64,000 bases of DNA, from positions 19,904,001 through 19,968,000 of the forward strand of contig CM052817.1 of NCBI GenBank assembly GCA_028534125.1, read 5' to 3'. The stretch is from Lama glama (taxonomy: Eukaryota). The notes under the pieces were generated by a model. That model searched no databases and was not told the origin of the DNA. It saw only the letters and a program-made list of their open reading frames with translations. Position numbers and translations under genes: made by a program. Shown here piece by piece: positions 39,595-53,975 of this stretch (the first letter of the stretch is position 1; each line of letters starts with the position of its first letter).

Positions 39595-42500
39595 TGAATT
39601 TTATATATGAAAAGAAGCAGAAAACAGAGGTATAAATCAGAGACTAAAATTTGAACCAAGATTTTGTTACTATAGCTCTGTTTCCCTAATGTAATTGTTA
39701 AACAGACATTCGAAGATGCCATTATAAGACCTAATATTAGACAGAGCCCCAAAGGTGTCTGATAAAAGAGAATTAGTCAGAAAATCTGAGATCTCAGGAA
39801 AAAAATAAGAGACAGAGAGACAGAGAGAGATTCTAAAACAAGTGAAGAAAATTGGTCCTAAGATGGGTATCCAATAAACTCAAAACCTCGGAGCTGAATT
39901 TACTGCTTTTGAATTAAAATAATAAAATAATCTAAAGAGAGTTAAATATAAGTGTAATAAGACAAAGTAAAAAAGTCAAATAATGGAATACATCCATAAA
40001 ATAAAGTGTCTAAAAAACTCAGTGAAATAAATAAAAGCTATTTAAGTATGGAGAATCATTAACTCAAATCTAACTCAAAAAGATACAGACAGAAAAAAAA
40101 TAACTAATTAGAAACACACACACATACTCACACTCACATACACAGGACTGGCTAGGACCCAGCACTGCCACAAAGTGTTCTGAACAATTAGCTTGGCAGT
40201 AGTAGAAGAGGGGTTCTGACGGGTTAGTGGGGACTGTGACATTCCAAGAGGGAAGCATAATTACCATTAGTATTCTCTTCTACTGAATTCTTTAAGTTAA
40301 GAAAAAAACAAATCTAATGAAGTAATTTTAGATATAAAAGATACATGTTTGGCATAATAGCAACATCAGTGCATCACCAAATTGCCACAACAAATACTGT
40401 TTAAAAGAAAATACACTGTTGGCCTATATGGTTTCTTTGATAAGATGAAGATTTAATAAAGATTTCAAAACAGCAAGAATTGTTTGTCTTCTATGAAAGA
40501 TGTGCTTCCATTATAGATTCCAACTGGAAAACAAATGGAGAAAAAAGAGGCATTTTGAAACCAATGGGGTGGATATATTTATAAATGATACACCATGAAG
40601 ATTCAAAATGAGCAAAAATTAAATATGTGAAGAGAAAGATAGAAAGGGAAATGAGAATTGTGAGGAATAATGAAAACATTTTGTCTCCAAACATTGTTTA
40701 GTGTAGTAACAATTAGCTTAGCAATAAAATATTTTGTAAATATGCTAGTTTGCACTTAGAAATAGGGAAACGTATCATTTCAGACTGATTTTTTTCTTGT
40801 CATTTAACAGAAAGAAAATAGTGCCCCTTTTAACTAGGAGCTCATTCATTTCAGTGATGGCTTTAATGATAGTTAATCATGGTAATGACAGTGGCTGATG
40901 TAACCACTCATGATTAGTTCAGGCTGGCTTTTGTGTATATTTAAAGCAAAAGATAGCTTTTTTTCCCAGGGATTTCAATTATTTCTGCTCTATTTCCTCT
41001 CCTAAATTAAAACGTAACATTTAACACACACATATTACTTCCACATATCTACATATTGAAGGATATAGCTTTGCAAGGTGTTAAGTACACTTTTCTGAGT
41101 TAAAAAGACATGGTTATTAGTGAATTCTAAGATTTTACAAAGTCAATTTCTTCTATCAACATATTCCCAGATGCTTCTCACCTGCAACCACCTACTATGC
41201 TATACGGTGACTTTCTTTCCTTGCTTTTTTTTTTTAACATTTAAGAAAATAACAGTGCATTATCAATTAGTTTAAATAGAATCTGGAATGATCACAGCAT
41301 TAAAAAGTGAATAAACCAACCAATAACCAGTGGTAGCAACCTAATTATCCATTAAAGCTATTTCCAAATGTACTAAGAGGGAGTAATATTGACTTTTTAA
41401 AATTTAACTTTATTTATGATTCTAGCAGAAGAATTTTTAAACTGCAAATTATTTTCAGAGTGATTTTCCCAAATTGTGTCCTCATGAAAGCCATCAGAAA
41501 CCTATATATCATATATATCCTATAATTAATAAAATGGACCTTAATTGCTTTAGTTATTAATTGAAGTTTTGGATTAGGGGAGAAGCAGCTAAGATCATTT
41601 CTCTATTCAGAGAGATATATTCTGGAATTATTTTATTTCTATGGACTTAATTCTTGCTAAGGGAAAAATAATTAGCTTCTATATTTAATTTTCATTCTAC
41701 AAGTATCCTTTTCCCCTCCCCCCCCAATGAGAAACTGAGATGAACAGGGTTCAGCTTTGGGAAGCCCTCTTCTAACTAAAGTGAGAGTGATTGAGTCTAG
41801 AGTAAGAAAAAGTTTCTTTTTTACCTCTAGAACATTAGAAATTTATCATATCATATAAATATATAATATGTGATGTGAAAATATAAATAGACAAGTTATA
41901 TGTAGCCAGAGATGAATATTTAATTGATAAAGGCATTTCTTGATGTTTGTCGTATGTTCCAAGATAATACACTTCAAAATGACGTCTTTGTTTTCATACT
42001 AATTATATCTTTAAAACCTTTGGGAGTGCTAGAACTATAGAATAACTAGAAATGTTCTTCTCATATACTTCACATATGTCAAAAGAATTTTAAAATCTTT
42101 AGAGTAAAATGTGGTTAAATGCTAGGATGCCACTTTTAGTTCTTAGATACATGTGTAAGCAGATCGCTGCAAACTTTCTCTTTATTTCCACTCTCTTGCC
42201 TGCCAATTATTTAACAAATATTTTACTTTGGTTTTCAACCATACAGTTAGCTCTCTAAGTAACATACACCTGCAAAACAAAGTACTCTTCTCTGCTAAGT
42301 AAAATACTAGACAGAGTGCATCTGTGTTGAGAGTTCCAAAGGATGAAACATAATATATTGTCATTACATACATTTCCAAATGATTTTGACAGTAATAACA
42401 ACATTCAACATATTTTTAACTACAATCAAAAGATAATTTATAGATACATTAAAAATCATGAAAAATGTTTTCTCTTATTTCATAATTCCCAGTGCATTTA

Positions 42501-43384
42501 AAAGTTTTGTATCAGCTCACAGAATATAATTTCAAACTATTATACCTCTATTCTGCATTTCTTATTTTGTTATAAGTATCATGCTTTTGATGTCTGTGAC
42601 TTTGTGCTTTGATGAAAAATATGCTTTAATATCTGATATTACATCTACAGTTGGGAAGCCTAAAATAAGTGTGACAAAAACATGAAAAATATGTAATAAG
42701 CATTCACATATACATTTATTTCAAGGATGAATAAAAATATAGAAAAAGAACGGGTATTGAATTGACCATACCTGGCAATAATGTGGATTATCTGTGAAAT
42801 ATGCTTGAAACAACTGCTTTTCACCAGGAAACAGAAAGAAAAGAAGGTATCTAATTTGACACTGCATAGCAAAACTGTTTCATAAATGTGAAGAGTTAAG
42901 ATGAAACTCAGAGATGAAGAGGAAAGATTTAGCACAAACAAAAAGATTTAGACCACAAAATGGCAAGCTTGAAGATACAGGTCGCGTTTGAGTGGGGCTG
43001 AGAGGCTGCGCACAGATGAAGGCAGAAGGTGAATAGCTTTGTTCACCAGAGTTGATGCCAGTATTTGATCCAGGGGGCATCAGGGAAGCACTGAAAGGCC
43101 TGAGTAAAGGAATACATGGTTAGAGCTGCTGGAATTGAAAGGCGTTTAGATGTACAAGAGCAAACACTGTGGATTGGTCCTGTTTGAATTGATCAGGAGC
43201 AGGAGTCAGGATTTAGCAGCAGAAATAAAATGGGTAAATTGGAACAAAGATGAGAATACAAGGAAAAGATAAGATTAAGAGGAATCCTGAACAGCACATC
43301 CTAGGAGGTAGAAAAGATGAAGGAATATAGGAATTTGTCACATTACTTTCAATACGTGCATTTGTGTTACCACCTGGCACGAGT

Positions 43385-43615
43385 TGTCCGAGGTAGAATG
43401 TGATAGGGCAGAAACATGTGAGCTTTTTTCCACGTCATGCTTAATTTTGATTCCAATTTTTCCTGTGAATGGCTCTCTTCATTAGGCAAATTAATTAATT
43501 TCTTTCAATTTGAGTTTTCTCATCTGTTAAATGTGAGTAGTATTATAGTTGACATTACATGTCTCAATCTGCTTTGTAAGATACAACTGAATTCAACTTA
43601 TTATTAGCTTATTAT
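43385..43615 (+). mobile_element. MIR, degraded
   Basis: taggcaaattaattaa, agttttctcatctgttaaatg. Confidence 0.6.
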
Positions 43616-44559
43616 CCTTATGCCAACTGAAAAATGATACTACGAATATTTGCAATTATTACAAGAGACTTTAAATTCTAGTTTAGACCAAAATCAGGAG
43701 TCTGTATGTGCACATATCTGCCTATAAGAGTTCTGATTAATTTACACACATTGTCTAGTTTTATATATGTAATAAAATTGTCACAAATCCATTGAGGCAT
43801 GGACACTGGAGACTTCCATAAGGAACAAAAGTCACCAACCCAAATTCGACCCAATAAGCAGTACCATGATAAAAAATGCAGGATCAAATTTGAGGTCGTT
43901 TATGGGCTTATTTCTATTTTATTGTGTTTATTTTCTTTTAAAAAGTCCTTAAAGAAAGCCTCAGCACATGGAGCTCCCTGATTAAAGAGAGAGTGGAAGT
44001 ATTGAGACATTTGCATTCCTGTGTCCGGGGCCCTGCATCCCTGGGGGCAGCACCCTTAGGACCCTCTTTCGGTACCATGGAGAGAAAGTGCTTCATGGCA
44101 TTAGAGGAACATCTCAGCAATGTTTACAATTGTATTAATCTGAGAGCCATTTCTTCTTTTCCATTTCTCCCCTCTTTGTCAGGTATGTACACTCTATTTC
44201 TGTGGATGCCACTCATCCATGAATGAATATTTATTGAACCTTATAAATGTTCCCAGTGCAGTATGAATGATCTCCTGCAGACTTATTTTCCACTTTCTTA
44301 TCTCATCAGGCACGTGAGTCTTCTCTGAGGAACCCTCTTGTCCTGAAATCTTTATGATCAGAACTTATGACCTTCTCTGGTTCATGTTCCAATTACACAC
44401 TTCTGAACTCCACAATTGTCAACATCTTAATATTTTCCTGAAAAATAAATTAGCAAAGCCTGTTTACTGCTCTATCTGTCCCTCTTATGATATGTGCTTT
44501 TTGTAGCTCTCTTAACTTCCACTCATGGACAAACTGTTCAAATGGGCCCTTTCCTACTC

Positions 44560-45300
44560 AACCTATTCATTATGAATGTTCTTGTGAAGAGCATTAATCA
44601 CTGTCAAATTGCCAAATCCATGTCCCCTTTTCGGTTCTAATCACCCCTGAAGTTTTTGACATATTTGTCGTTTTCATCCATCCTCTCTCCTTAAATCTTG
44701 CCTTCATCAATTTCCATGACCCCATATTCTTCTACATTTTTATCTACCTTTTAAACAAAATTATTCTCGGTGTCCGTTTCAAGTTTTCTCCCTGATTCCA
44801 TAGGAAAATGTTGGTGTTACTCATTTGTTCTTAGTCATCTTATCTGCTCACCTGTGTTATCTCCTATAGCCATAGTATTTTGATTTTTATACCAATAATT
44901 ACTTTTAAATTCTTACCCTTATAAAATTATCTTCTGATAGTTAGGCTTTTCTAACTTTTTATTGAAATTATACTTGTGCTTTCTATAAGTACATCAAATT
45001 CAACATACATAAAGTTAATCTTTTTCCCAAAACTTTTACTATTTTTTAGTTAATACTTTCGCTTAGTGATTGAAGTTAAATACCTAGGAAATAAGTTTTA
45101 TTTTTCACTCTCACCTACCTTTCTAATTGATGCTACAATCTCCATAAAGTTCTGATGTTTCTTTTCCTTAAACACATATGAACTCTCTCTCTCCCATCTT
45201 TACTTCTCCGTGTCCACAAAATTGTCATAGTTCTCATGATCCATCATTAAGAATTTTGCACTAATCTTAATACATATTTTTGTTCTATTGAATTGATTTG
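44560..45300 (+). mobile_element. L2 LINE ORF2 remnant
   Basis: Pyrimidine-rich; attgccaaatcca, tttccatgacccc, catcaaattcaacat motifs typical of L2. Confidence 0.6.
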
Positions 45301-47094
45301 TTTCCAAGTTTAGCATCCTTTCTCTGGTTGTAAATCCTTCTATTTAAACTACACTGCTGCCATAGGATCAAGTTCTCCCTCTGGATTTAAACTGTCAATT
45401 GACAGATGTCAATATTCCTGAACAAAATAATTTTAGTATGACATACCAAATGCTTGGATATCTCTGTTAAAAACTTACAGTCTTTTTAAAAAATTCAGTA
45501 TCTATTCAGGTAAAGATATGTTATATGAGTTAATTTTCCAAGATTTCTATTAGAAATAGTTTACCAGATTCCAGAGTTTAAACTCTTTTCAGTTCACAGT
45601 TAAGGGGGCAAAAACATTCTCTTATGGTTGGATTCAATAAAAATGTTTAATTTCTGTGCCGCAGACTCTTTCCCACCCCAAAATATGTCAACACACACTC
45701 TGCTTTCTGTGTCTCAGGCACCAAACATGAATTTATTTATTAAATCTACATTTAAGTCCTAGGTGAGTATCACTGAATGAAGTAATGTGAGTAACTAGTA
45801 TTTTTTTTTAAACCTTAAGAAAAAACTCCTGTAGCCTTGTACCATAAATGTGTGTCCTTCTGATTATGTCCATTTTAATAATTTGTTTTTTGCGTTTATT
45901 TTCAAAGAGCCAGAAAATAGTCATCTGTCCTAACATACTGAGGTATCTGTTTTAGAGGGTGATGACTTCTTGTACTAATTATCAGTTTGGTATGAGCAAA
46001 TGAAGCTGTACCATATCTGATGTACTTATGGGTTATAGCCTTAAAGGGCCTATTTCCTTTCCATTATAATCATCAACTTGGCCTATAATGAACCAGAACG
46101 AGAGAGCAAAGTTTGTATGGACACATTTATCTTAATCATGAAGTTGTTATAACTAGATCATTTAACATGGATGCATTCTCTGCCTCAGTGATAACTGAGC
46201 AAAGATATTTCTGGAGGATTTCATTGTGTAGTAGGTATGTGTGTAATGGAAGGATTCACCCAGGAAACATCTTCTAGTTCACAAGCCCTACCCAAAGCTC
46301 ACAACACTGAGAGTCTGTTAGGGACACAACCATTCCTACCTTGCTCCTTCCACCCTCAGTCTTGCACTAGCAGAACTCAATCTCAGGGTAAAAATGTAAG
46401 CATATTATGTACAAATGATTGGCTAGTGATGCTGAAATCATACAACCAACTGAAAAGATCTTTATGGCATGTATCTGAAATATACAGACACAGACACTGT
46501 AAAGGCGATCAGTAAGGCAATGGAATAAAGATTATGGAGGTAAAGACATAGAACACATGCTGCTGGGGTTAAACCTGAGAAGAACACGGTTATTCATAGG
46601 TGTTAGAAAATTCAAAGAAAATTGCTTAGATGGCTAACTTTCAGCTGATTACAAAAAGTTGCTTTTTTAGCAGTAACCAAAGTAAGAATTTTAAAGTATT
46701 TTTTCTTAGGGTAAGGACATTTTATATTGTTCATTTCCAAATCAGAATTCAGAACCTGGCATAAAACACTTAGAAAATGTGTCCTGAATTAAAATTAAAT
46801 TGATTTTGCACGCTATTAAAATTTCTCAAGGGTATGGGGACCTGTTACAGGAAAAATCAGGCCCTGCACAGTTTCTTATAATATTTGAAGTGACTCAAAT
46901 TTCCTATTCAAGTTTCAAAAATATTAATCCATAATATGAATGAGTTAATTTTAATATATGTTGACCACCAAAGCAAGGAATTATCATAGATAGTTTTAAG
47001 AACATATTTTCATAATGTGAGAAATTATTTGAGACCTTCTGTGTAACTTATTTTCCTTCTTTTTAAACTAAATATAAAATTGTGAATGAACTAC

Positions 47095-47265
47095 TTTCTT
47101 TGAGGAGTAGTCACTGGGATGAGTACAAGGGATGTTTCTGTGAAGCATCTCAAGGTCTACCTCTTAATATGGGTGAAGATTACACTAGTGTTTTCATGTT
47201 GTAAAAATTTAGTGACCTGTATATTTGTAATTTGTGTGCTTTATATGTTTGTTATGTGAATAAAT
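47095..47265 (+). mobile_element. L1ME-like 3' terminus
   Basis: cactggga..acaagggatgtttctg, tcttaatatgggtg, tgtaaaaattt..tgacctgtata. Confidence 0.6.
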
Positions 47266-49273
47266 CCAAAGAGTGGCATGAAAAGGTATAATATAAAAAT
47301 TCGGAAATAGTGAGGAAGAAAGGGATGGTTGTGCTGCTTGATGTGGTAACACTCAGAGTATTGGTTACGGGGATGATTACAGATAGCCATACATTAATTT
47401 TTTTTTTAAATCCGAAATTCAAGATGAAAAAGAATCGACAAAATTAAGACAATTTTCAAAATCAAGTTGTGGCTGATTGTTCATATACTTTATTAAAATC
47501 TGAGAATATAAATAAGATAATCACTTTGCTTGGAAAGTAAATGTTACTTTAACTTACAAACTAGCAAAATTTCAAAATGGTCATTAGAATTCCAGAGAAA
47601 TTTTAATGCAACTAAATGTAAATTGTCATGTACACAGATATAACTACGCTTTATCCCATATTAACTATAATTTTAGCTTATGATATTTCTCCTTTTAAAC
47701 AAAGGCTATGATCGCAAGTGAAATGTCAAACAATGAAAAGCTTGTATCATATTGTCGGGAAAATTAATCCCCAAATTTTGAGGGCTGAGTTCAATAGGCC
47801 ATTATTATATTTGACCTACATTGTTTATATTAAACAGGATGCATAAACCAAACAAGAACTTCTTCAAAAGTCATCTGATTTCTTATATTATTTAACTTCT
47901 ATAATGTAATCATTTTTCCTGACTTCCCAAGTCATTTTTCTTTTGATTTACTGTGATTGCCACATAACCACACATTTCATCATTTTCTCCAAACCTAAAT
48001 GTCATTGACTAAGCTCTGGATCATCTCATGGTGTCTACTTTTTGACTTCAAATGGCTCTAGCAATTTAATTGATCTATTGCGTTAAAACTACATATATTG
48101 GTATCTAATATTCACTTCATAGAGTTCCATGGGTAAGCCCTTCAAAGTAATTTGAACTTACAGAATTTAAACAGTTTTGCAAACAAACTTCAATAATATA
48201 AATATTAGCAAAATGTACTGAGGTAGATAGCCTGATAATCTTTTAACACTGACATCAACTGAAATATTCATTAAAAACCTATCAAGTGCGCACACACACA
48301 CGTGCATGCAGCGCTGATGATTTTACAGATATTTGGTACCAAACATAGAAAGGACTATATGTAAACTCTTCCAAAGGAAATAATAACTAGGGAGCCTAAT
48401 TATTTAATTAAACCTTAATAATTTGGAAACTGTCTGATGAATGTATTGTCTTGATATTAACATCAAACAAGGACAGATTAGAACTATAGATTCATTTAAT
48501 ATATGAATATACATCTGAAATCATAGCTAACTTTTTACCTACAGATGGTCTATATAAATACATTCTGTAAATAAAAAATATTTTAAATGTATAATTAATG
48601 TAGCTATAATGTAAGATAAAATCATATATTTTAAATTTCTGTTTTTACTTTTCTATGATGACTATACTATATTGGGGGCTGATTAAAATTCATGGCTGAT
48701 ATAAAGAAAATTTTGAATATGGAGGAAAGGTAATAAAACTCAGGCTTGTTATTAAAATGAAAAATTAGACAACAGAACCTTATGGCATGCAAAAATAAAT
48801 CATCTAGAAAAAACTCTGTTTCCTCAATGGTGTAAAATAATGTCTAAGGCCATGGTCATTAGAATCAGCCATACCTACTTTTGGGTTATATTATCTTCTA
48901 AGTTTTATATATTTGGCATGTTATATAAACAATTTGAAGTTCCATTTCTACATTGATGTAGTATTGACAATAATAATTATGGAGCCAGTGTGAGACTGAA
49001 AAAACATACTATTGCAGAGAATCCCAAATCATCTTTCACTGGAGGATGATCACTTAATAAAAATTATCACTATTGGTGCTTCAATGTTATGAATTACTAA
49101 TCAGTCTACGTTTTTATAATTACAAAATTAATAAACAATTGAAATATTTGTGAATTCAGAGAGTTCAGGATCATACCAATGTTTATATTAAACACAAAAT
49201 TTCCAATACCATAACTTTTGAACTTTAAATATGTGCTTTTGACATTACTAGAACTGCATATGAACCAAAGTTG

Positions 49274-49471
49274 TAAATAACAAGTTTATACTAGTTTATA
49301 ATGTATAGCACAGAGAACTATATTCAACACCTTGTAGTAACTTATGGTTAAAAAGAATATGAAAACAAATTATGTATGTTCCTCCATGACTGAAGCATTG
49401 TGCTGTACACCAGATATTGACACAGCATTGTGAACCGTCTGTACTTCAGTCAAAATATATATTCAAAAAAA
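49274..49471 (+). mobile_element. Younger camelid-type L1 3' end with 12-bp TSD
   Basis: gtatagcacagagaactatattcaa, atgactgaagcattgtgctgtacaccaga; TSD gaacca(a/c)agttg at 49262-49273 and 49472-49483. Confidence 0.9.
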
Positions 49472-49599
49472 GAACCACAGTTGCTATTTCATGCTAAATC
49501 GCTTTCTGGTATGCTCTCCTGTTTACTCAGTGAATAGCATTATTCTCAGTAGCACATAAGACAATGGGATAACAGGATTGGTGGCACCTTAGAGCCAGC

Positions 49600-50570
49600 A
49601 GATAAGACTGGCTGTAGACTGGCATTGCAGGTGTCCTAGCAAAGCTGTGTATCCTGAGAAATTAAATGGGATTTGGGCCATTTTGATGGTGCCTCTGCTT
49701 TCGACACCAACCTGGAGGTTGAAGTGACTCCAGCAGAGGGTTAGATCACTAGCATAGCTGGACCTGACGTGCCGGGCCTTAGAGGTCAGGCAGAAGACAC
49801 ACTAACATCAAAGAAACTGCAGATGGGGGATCCTAGGTGATGTCTAGCTAGCTGGTGAGGCTCTTTTCATTTGATGTAATTTTTCTCAAATTAGAAAAAG
49901 GTACACTCTCCAACTGGATAAAATCCCATGCAGACAAGAATTGGACAGGGTATGGTTCCCTTGGGAAAAAAACAAATCAAATCAAATCACAGGGTGCATG
50001 GCTTGGCATGCAAAGTACAGGCTGGATTTGGAGCTCCTCTCTCTGCCTGGCAGGTGCCTGTGTGTACAGCTGAGAGATTCCCAGAGATAGGGGGCCACTG
50101 AAGAATTAACAAAAGTGCCTCATGACATAAGACGTCATGTCCTGATATCTGCTACCCCTGTAGGGCATTAACACCAGATCATAACAACAAATATTAAAAA
50201 AGCCTTTATTTCATGTACTTTCTGTCCTTCTCCTTCAGTTCACCATTGGTGAACCTGTAAAAGAGCAATCACTGAGGGAAGGATGTGCTGGAATTTAAAA
50301 CAGGGAAGAAATCAACTACACACACTCTTCCCCTTGGCCATTGTGACTCTGGGTCTAAATCACATCCAGACTGGGAGTGGAAAGTTTTAAATTGAATAGA
50401 AGTTCCTATAGTAGTATGGACTTGACATTTAATTTAAAACTTAAAATGGTTTAAAAGATATAAAATTATGTGGTATTTCCAAGATTTTATCCAGAGATAA
50501 GAAAGAATGTGCAATTTTGTTGTGAACTATGGAGCGACAAAATAAAAATGTGTTGTGTGCCATTATACAT
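49600..50570 (+). mobile_element. Ancient LTR, possibly of the MamGypLTR class
   Basis: 3' motifs ttttaaattgaatag, tggacttgacattt, ccaagattttatccag, gacaaaataaaa; 5' boundary uncertain. Confidence 0.45.
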
Positions 50571-51129
50571 ATAACATATTAAGTAGCTAATAAGTACCGA
50601 GAAGGAGAGAACTTCATTAGAGATGGGAGAAAGTGCAAAGCTTTGGAGTGGAAATCAGCACGACATTTACAGAAATTGCAAGTGCATTTTAATATAATAA
50701 AATCAAATATAAAATTATGAAATATATATGCAAATACATTATAAAGGAATATATGCATGTAATATATGCATGAAAGGAGACTTCTCTAAGACTGTTGTTG
50801 GAACTGTATCATGTGGCAAGAGTGCACTGAGTGCATAATGGATGGAGTGACATTCCAGACAGGAGAGTAAATGTGTAAAGGTGAAAAGCAGCACAACACG
50901 TTTGACAAATGTGAGCTGGAGAATGGAGTAAGGAAGAAAGGGTGGAGTATTGGAAGAGAGGCTTATAAATCAAATGGGACCATACAAAAAACACTTCATA
51001 AGCCATAAAAATATTTGATTTCAGGTATGAATGAGAAGCTTAAGTAAAGGAATAGTAACAATAAGATTTGAGTACCTGAATACAATAGCTCTTAAAAAAC
51101 AAAATAAGACCCATAAAATTCTATTTTTT

Positions 51130-51610
51130 AAATTTCCTATTTCTGCTATAACAAAGTAGCATGAACTTTGTGACTTAATAATACACAGTTGTAATATCTA
51201 GAGTCTTGAATCTCAGAAATTCAAACTGAGTCACTCTTGAGCCAAAATCAAGATATCAGCAAGCTATCTTTAGGCTTTAGATGAGAATGTTTTCTTGCCT
51301 TTTCCGTCCTCTGGAGGCTGCCCACATATCTTGGCCCATAGTCATCTTTATCCAACTTCAAAGCCAGCAATAGCTGCCCACATCTTTCTCAGGATGCCAA
51401 CTCTCTTATGTTGGCATTTCAGCCTCCCTCTTCCTCTTCTAAAGAGTCATGTTACTATACTGCACCCACCAGGGTACTCTCCTTATTGAGATGAACTGAT
51501 TAACAACCTCAATTCCACAGGCGAACATAATTCTCCCTTGCCGTGTACCACAGAATGACATATTCTTAGGTTATGGCACCTTTGGAGGAACATCATTCTG
51601 CTTCCCATAA
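51130..51610 (-). mobile_element. MaLR LTR (MLT1D-like)
   Basis: tttcctatttctgctataacaaa, aaaatcaagatatcagcaag, ctctggaggctgcccacat, cattctgcttcccata end. Confidence 0.88.
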
Positions 51611-51629
51611 CTATTATTCAAGAAATGAT

Positions 51630-51904
51630 GGGGTGGGAAGGGATAAATTGGGAGTTCAAGATTTGCAGATACTGACTAATATACATAAACTAGATAAACA
51701 AGTTCATAGTATATAGCACAGGGAACTATACTCACTATCTTATAATAATTAATGGTGAAAACGAATATGAAAATGAATATATATATGTTCCTATATGACT
51801 GAAGCATTATACTGTACACCAGATACTGATACAATATTGTAAACTGACTACGTCAATAAAAAATATATACAGAAAAAACGATAAAAAGTTTTAATCTATA
51901 AAAA
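51630..51904 (+). mobile_element. Younger camelid-type L1 3' end with 10-bp TSD
   Basis: ggggtgggaagggataaattgggagttcaagatttgcagatact; TSD aagaaatgat at 51620-51629 and 51905-51914. Confidence 0.93.
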
Positions 51905-53869
51905 AAGAAATGATTTAAGAAAATTTTGATGTTTAAAAACAGTGGAATAAATAATAATAGCTGTAAATAGTAACAATAATGATGATAACTGTAGTAACAA
52001 TACTGCTGGTGAGTTTGGGCTAGTATGTGAATTTCTCCAACATATATTATTGCCTAAATAATTTCTGAAAGATTAGAGAAAACTCTATCAAGCACTTTAG
52101 TATACAACTGGATTTTTGGCATGGACAGAGCCTGACCTATTCTTTAATAATCTTCTTATACTGTTTGAAATTTTTAGTGTGCGTATATAGCAACTTTCAA
52201 TTAAAGACGCTGCATTTATTTAATTAGAAGAACTTTTAAAACTGTGTGTGTTCTAATCAACTTATTAAAAACACGGAAGTTCTTTGGTATGAGATTTCAG
52301 CAGACACAAGTTAGAGTAGCTTCCTGGATACACCATCTTCAGTGGCCATGAGAGTGATCTGCCTCCACACGTCTTATGATAAAAGACTCATCGGACCTGT
52401 TGGTCAGTGGATTGGCCGTGTTATTCATTCGGAGCATCATCAGCCAGAATATCTCAGTTACTTAGACATGTGATTCATCAGTGGACCTGTGGTAGGTGAA
52501 GAGGATCTCCTTCGCTCATGTCTAGCCTGTACATGAGAAGAGAAGCTGTTTTAAACGTCTGCGCATGAAGAAATACACTTAAAACAGCTGGTAACTACTT
52601 TCATTGACATGTTTCCAGTTATCACTGAAAAGTAAAATCTAATGCTAAAATAATGGAGAACTTAGATAGAAAATCCAAAATATACCATAGTCTGCTATTC
52701 CAGAGGTTCATAATACCAGAGACATCATTGACCTTCTTTAGTTAATTAATATGAGCCAATAGATTCTCTTTAGTAATTGAGCTAATTTAGGTCATACTTC
52801 TATCCTTTACAATTGGAAAGAGCTTAAAATAGATCTCTAATCCATCTAATCCTGTTTTGGAATCTGCTTTTCCTATAATCCCTGCGGAAGAATATAAACA
52901 GCACCATTCCTTCCTCATAGTTAAATATGTGACATGATAAGAATTAATCATTTATATAAACAGCCAACAAAGTGCAAAAGTACAAGTTCAATATACATTT
53001 TTCTTTATCCTTCAACATCAAGCCTCTATAATTATTAACAATAATGTAATTTATACAAATGCTTTATTATGCATGGAAATGTATCAGATCATTTATTCCA
53101 AATCTTGAACCCTCTAATTCCACAATTCTGAATTAATTTTACTAAAATCACTACAGAAGTGCACAAAGATAAATACAGTGGCTATTTTAAATGGGAAAAA
53201 GTATCTTCTTGAAGAATATTTTAAATAATGGGAAGATGTTAATTGAATATTGGTAAATCAAGAAATCAATGTATATATTATATATTTCTGCAGAAAAAAT
53301 GTTTAAGCATATTTATGCACAAAATGAATGGAATTATGTAAAACAAAATATAAGCCAGATTCCTATTTTGTTCTCGTTGTTGGCAAAAATATGGCTGGAT
53401 TTAATCATTTACTTCCACATTTCTGTATTCTCTATAATAAATACGCATTAATTTTATGGTCAAAGAAAAAACTATGATTCTATAGAAAAAGATAGCACAA
53501 AATACGAGTTAAGGCTAAATAGAAGTAATTTTTCTCTCACATGACTGTCTAGTGTAGACATGTAAACCAGAATATTTCTATCCACAAAATCATCCATGAC
53601 ACATTTTCCTTCTATAATATTTGTCAACATGGTAAAATATGACCACCAAATTTCTGCATTCTGGCTTCTTCTAAGTCAGAGAGACAGAAAGTAGATGGTA
53701 AAAAAAAATCCTTTAAAAAAAGGTTATAAAAATCTGTATACAATACCTCTACTCATGTTCTATCAATAAAGACCTTTTACATCACTGTACACAGCTCTTG
53801 CAAAGATGAAAAATATCATCTCTAGATAAGCACAGTCATCTGTATTAAAAAAATTCAAGGTTTTTTAAG

Positions 53870-53935
53870 GTTTTATTTTTTACTGAAGTACAGTTGATTT
53901 ACAGTGTTTCATGTCTACAGCAAAGTGATTCAGTT

Positions 53936-53975
<40 letters not shown>

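Noticed and set aside
52505..52600. H/ACA snoRNA (two hairpins with an ANANNA hinge)
   Set aside because: First hairpin is too short, there are no pseudouridylation pockets, and there is no terminal ACA box
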